From assembly GCA_963744995.1 (NCBI GenBank), contig CAVUWA010000009.1:320001-384000 (forward strand): a stretch of DNA of 64,000 bases. The letters are read 5' to 3'. Under the pieces are notes generated by a model. The model was given only the letters and a program-made list of their open reading frames with translations. It was not told the DNA's origin and did not search any database. The translations under genes were made by a program, and so were the position numbers. How positions within the stretch are numbered: the stretch's first letter is position 1; each line of letters starts with the position of its first letter. Origin of the DNA: Candidatus Eiseniibacteriota bacterium (lineage in GTDB: Bacteria > Eisenbacteria > RBG-16-71-46). Positions 61,683-64,000 of the stretch are shown here, piece after piece.

Positions 61683-64000
61683 GTGACCACCTCGCTCGAC
61701 AAGCCCCGGCGCGCCGTCCGTCCCGGACGGCACGGCCACGACACCGATCGCTCCGCACGCGGCCTCTCCGATATCGTCATCCGCGGCGCCCGCGAGCACA
61801 ATCTCCGCGACCTGACCCTGCGGTTGCCGCGCCAGAGCCTGATCGTGATCACCGGCGTGTCCGGCTCGGGAAAATCGTCGCTCGCGTTCGACACGCTCTA
61901 CGCCGAAGGGCAGCGGCGCTACGTCGAGTCGCTGTCGGCCTACGCGCGGCAGTTCCTCGGCCAGATGGAAAAGCCCGACGTCGATTCGATCGAAGGGCTG
62001 AGCCCGGCGATCGCGATCGAGCAGCGCGGCGCGGGTTCGAACCCGCGCTCGACGGTCGCGACGATCACCGAGATCTACGACTACCTGCGGCTGCTGTTCG
62101 CACGCCTCGGCGTGCAGCACTGTCCGAACTGCGATCGGCCGCTGTCGCGCCAGAGCGTCCAGGACATGACCGACGCGATCCTCGAGCGCATGGCGGGCAC
62201 GAAGATCGCGCTGCTGGCGCCGATTGCGCGCGGCCGCAAGGGTGAGTATCGGAAGGAGCTCGAGAGCGTGCTCCGGCAGGGCTATCTGCGGGCCCGCATC
62301 GACGGGGTCTGGCACGAGCTCGAGCAGCCGCCGAAGCTCGCCAAGACGAAGCGCCACGACATCGACGTGGCGGTCGACCGGCTCACGGTCGAGCCGCGGC
62401 ACCGCGCCCGCATCGCCGAGTCCATCGAGGCGGCGCTCAGGCTGTCGGAGGGGCTCGTGACGGTGGCGCGCGAGGGACAGGACGACGAGCTGTTCAGCGA
62501 GGGCGCCTCGTGCCCGAACTGCGGCACCAGCGTCGCCGCACTCGAGCCGCGCAGCTTTTCGTTCAATTCGCCTTATGGCGCATGTCCATCGTGCGATGGC
62601 ATCGGTACGCTGCTCGAGGTCGACCCGGCGCGCGTGGTCCCGGATCCTTCGAAGTCCATCGCCGGGGGCGCCGTCGTCGCGTGGGGCGACACCGAGGGCG
62701 CCTGGGTCGGCGGTACGCTGAAGTCGCTGGCGAAGAAGTACCGGTTCTCGCTCGATACGCCGTGGAAGAAGCTGCCTGAACGGATCCGACGACTGCTGCT
62801 CCACGGCTCGGAGGGGAAAGAGGTGCGGTTCGAATACAAGTCGAAGCGCACGTCCTTCGTCCACCACAGCACGTACGAGGGGGTGCTGCGCAACCTGGAG
62901 CGACGCTACCGGCAGACCGGCAGCGAGGCGGTGCGGCGCTGGATCGGCAGCCTGATGAACCCCGTGCCCTGTCCGGCCTGCGCAGGGCAGCGGCTCAAAC
63001 CCGAGAGTCTCGCCGTGCGCGTCGACGGCCGCAACATCGCGGCGTGGACCGCGTTTTCCGTGACCCGCGCCAGGGAGGCGGCCGGTGCGCTGTCCTTCGA
63101 CGGGGCCGCGGCGCAGATCGCCCGCCCGATCCTCAAGGAGATCCGCGCGCGGCTCGGCTTCCTCGAGGACGTCGGGCTCGGCTATCTGACGCTCGACCGC
63201 GCGGCCGGCACGCTGGCGGGGGGCGAGGCGCAGCGCATCCGACTGGCCACCCAGATCGGCTCGCAGCTGACCGGCGTGCTGTACATCCTCGACGAGCCGT
63301 CGATCGGCCTGCATCACCGCGACAACCGGCGGCTGCTCGATACGCTGGTGCGGTTGCGCGACCTCGGCAACACGGTCGTCGTGGTCGAGCACGACCGCGA
63401 CACCATGATCGCCGCGGACTGGCTCGTGGACCTGGGCCCCGGGGCCGGCCGGCACGGCGGGCGGCTGGTGGCGGCGGGCACCCCGGCCGAGGTCGCGGCG
63501 CATCCGGAGTCGCTCACGGCGGCGTATCTGTCCGGATCCCGCCGGATCGAGCCGCGCGCCGGGCGCCGGCAGGGCTCGGGCGCCGCGATCGAGATCCGTG
63601 GTGCGGCCGAGCACAACCTGAAGGGGATTGACGTGAAACTCCCGCTCGGCACGCTGATCGGCGTGACCGGCGTGTCGGGGTCGGGCAAGAGCACGCTCGT
63701 GAACGACATTCTGAAGGCGGCGCTCGAGCGCCATTTCGGCGGGACGGGCGCGCTGCCCGGCGCGCACCGCCGGATCCTCGGCGCCGAGCACGTCGACAAG
63801 ATCGTGGCCATCGACCAGAGCCCCATCGGCCGCACGCCACGCTCGAATCCGGCGACCTATACCGGCACGTTCACGTTCATCCGCGATCTGTTCGCGAAGC
63901 TGCCCGAGGCGAAGGTGCGCGGCTACGGTCCCGGGCGGTTCTCGTTCAACGTGAAGGGCGGGCGTTGCGAGAGCTGCGCCGGCGACGGCTACCGCAAGAT
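61683..64000 (+). CDS. uvrA: Excinuclease ABC subunit A (3'-truncated by window; absent from the ORF track)
   Basis: Translated by hand: [60 protein letters not shown], second TGVSGSGKS. Confidence 0.96.
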   Translation, partial: MTTSLDKPRRAVRPGRHGHDTDRSARGLSDIVIRGAREHNLRDLTLRLPRQSLIVITGVSGSGKSSLAFDTLYAEGQRRYVESLSAYARQFLGQMEKPDVDSIEGLSPAIAIEQRGAGSNPRSTVATITEIYDYLRLLFARLGVQHCPNCDRPLSRQSVQDMTDAILERMAGTKIALLAPIARGRKGEYRKELESVLRQGYLRARIDGVWHELEQPPKLAKTKRHDIDVAVDRLTVEPRHRARIAESIEAALRLSEGLVTVAREGQDDELFSEGASCPNCGTSVAALEPRSFSFNSPYGACPSCDGIGTLLEVDPARVVPDPSKSIAGGAVVAWGDTEGAWVGGTLKSLAKKYRFSLDTPWKKLPERIRRLLLHGSEGKEVRFEYKSKRTSFVHHSTYEGVLRNLERRYRQTGSEAVRRWIGSLMNPVPCPACAGQRLKPESLAVRVDGRNIAAWTAFSVTRAREAAGALSFDGAAAQIARPILKEIRARLGFLEDVGLGYLTLDRAAGTLAGGEAQRIRLATQIGSQLTGVLYILDEPSIGLHHRDNRRLLDTLVRLRDLGNTVVVVEHDRDTMIAADWLVDLGPGAGRHGGRLVAAGTPAEVAAHPESLTAAYLSGSRRIEPRAGRRQGSGAAIEIRGAAEHNLKGIDVKLPLGTLIGVTGVSGSGKSTLVNDILKAALERHFGGTGALPGAHRRILGAEHVDKIVAIDQSPIGRTPRSNPATYTGTFTFIRDLFAKLPEAKVRGYGPGRFSFNVKGGRCESCAGDGYRK

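Overview
A very GC-rich (about 70% by eye), gene-dense core-chromosome segment from a diderm bacterium. The LpxC-FabZ fusion, archaeal/eukaryote-type ProRS, McsA-McsB-ClpC next to BamA and the paired-ExbD Ton cluster suggest an FCB-group/Gemmatimonadota/Ca. Eisenbacteria-like lineage (inference). In order, it contains: (1) lnt, then asd-ecfT-truA-htrA-purB-purL-purQ-(tandem purS-like)-purF; (2) a ~27 kb co-oriented envelope cluster lysS-lolE-lolD-mcsA-mcsB-clpC-bamA-skp-lpxD-lpxC/fabZ-lpxA-gnnA-like-lpxB-DUF374-waaA-lpxK-nadB-Minf_1886-like-msbA-GT9-proS-waaF-gmhB fusion; (3) a minus-strand pair, a TPR/zinc-finger membrane protein and a DUF4388/pseudopilin-like protein; (4) asnS; (5) an AftB-like GT-C gene preceded by a candidate structured RNA; (6) an operon encoding a PstS-fold lipoprotein, TPR protein, STAS protein, ExbB, two ExbD and TonB, plus a second TonB; (7) a Yip1-TolC-MFP-ATPase exporter with four MacB-type permeases; (8) a partial uvrA. 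No mobile elements, CRISPR arrays, rRNA or tRNA were seen. The best leads for undescribed biology are the Ton-motor operon with a degenerate PstS-like lipoprotein, the TPR/DUF4388-pseudopilin pair, the candidate ncRNA at ~45.2-45.3 kb, the single-chain tandem PurS, and arginine-kinase proteostasis genes inside the outer-membrane biogenesis cluster. All calls come from reading motifs by eye; no searches were run.
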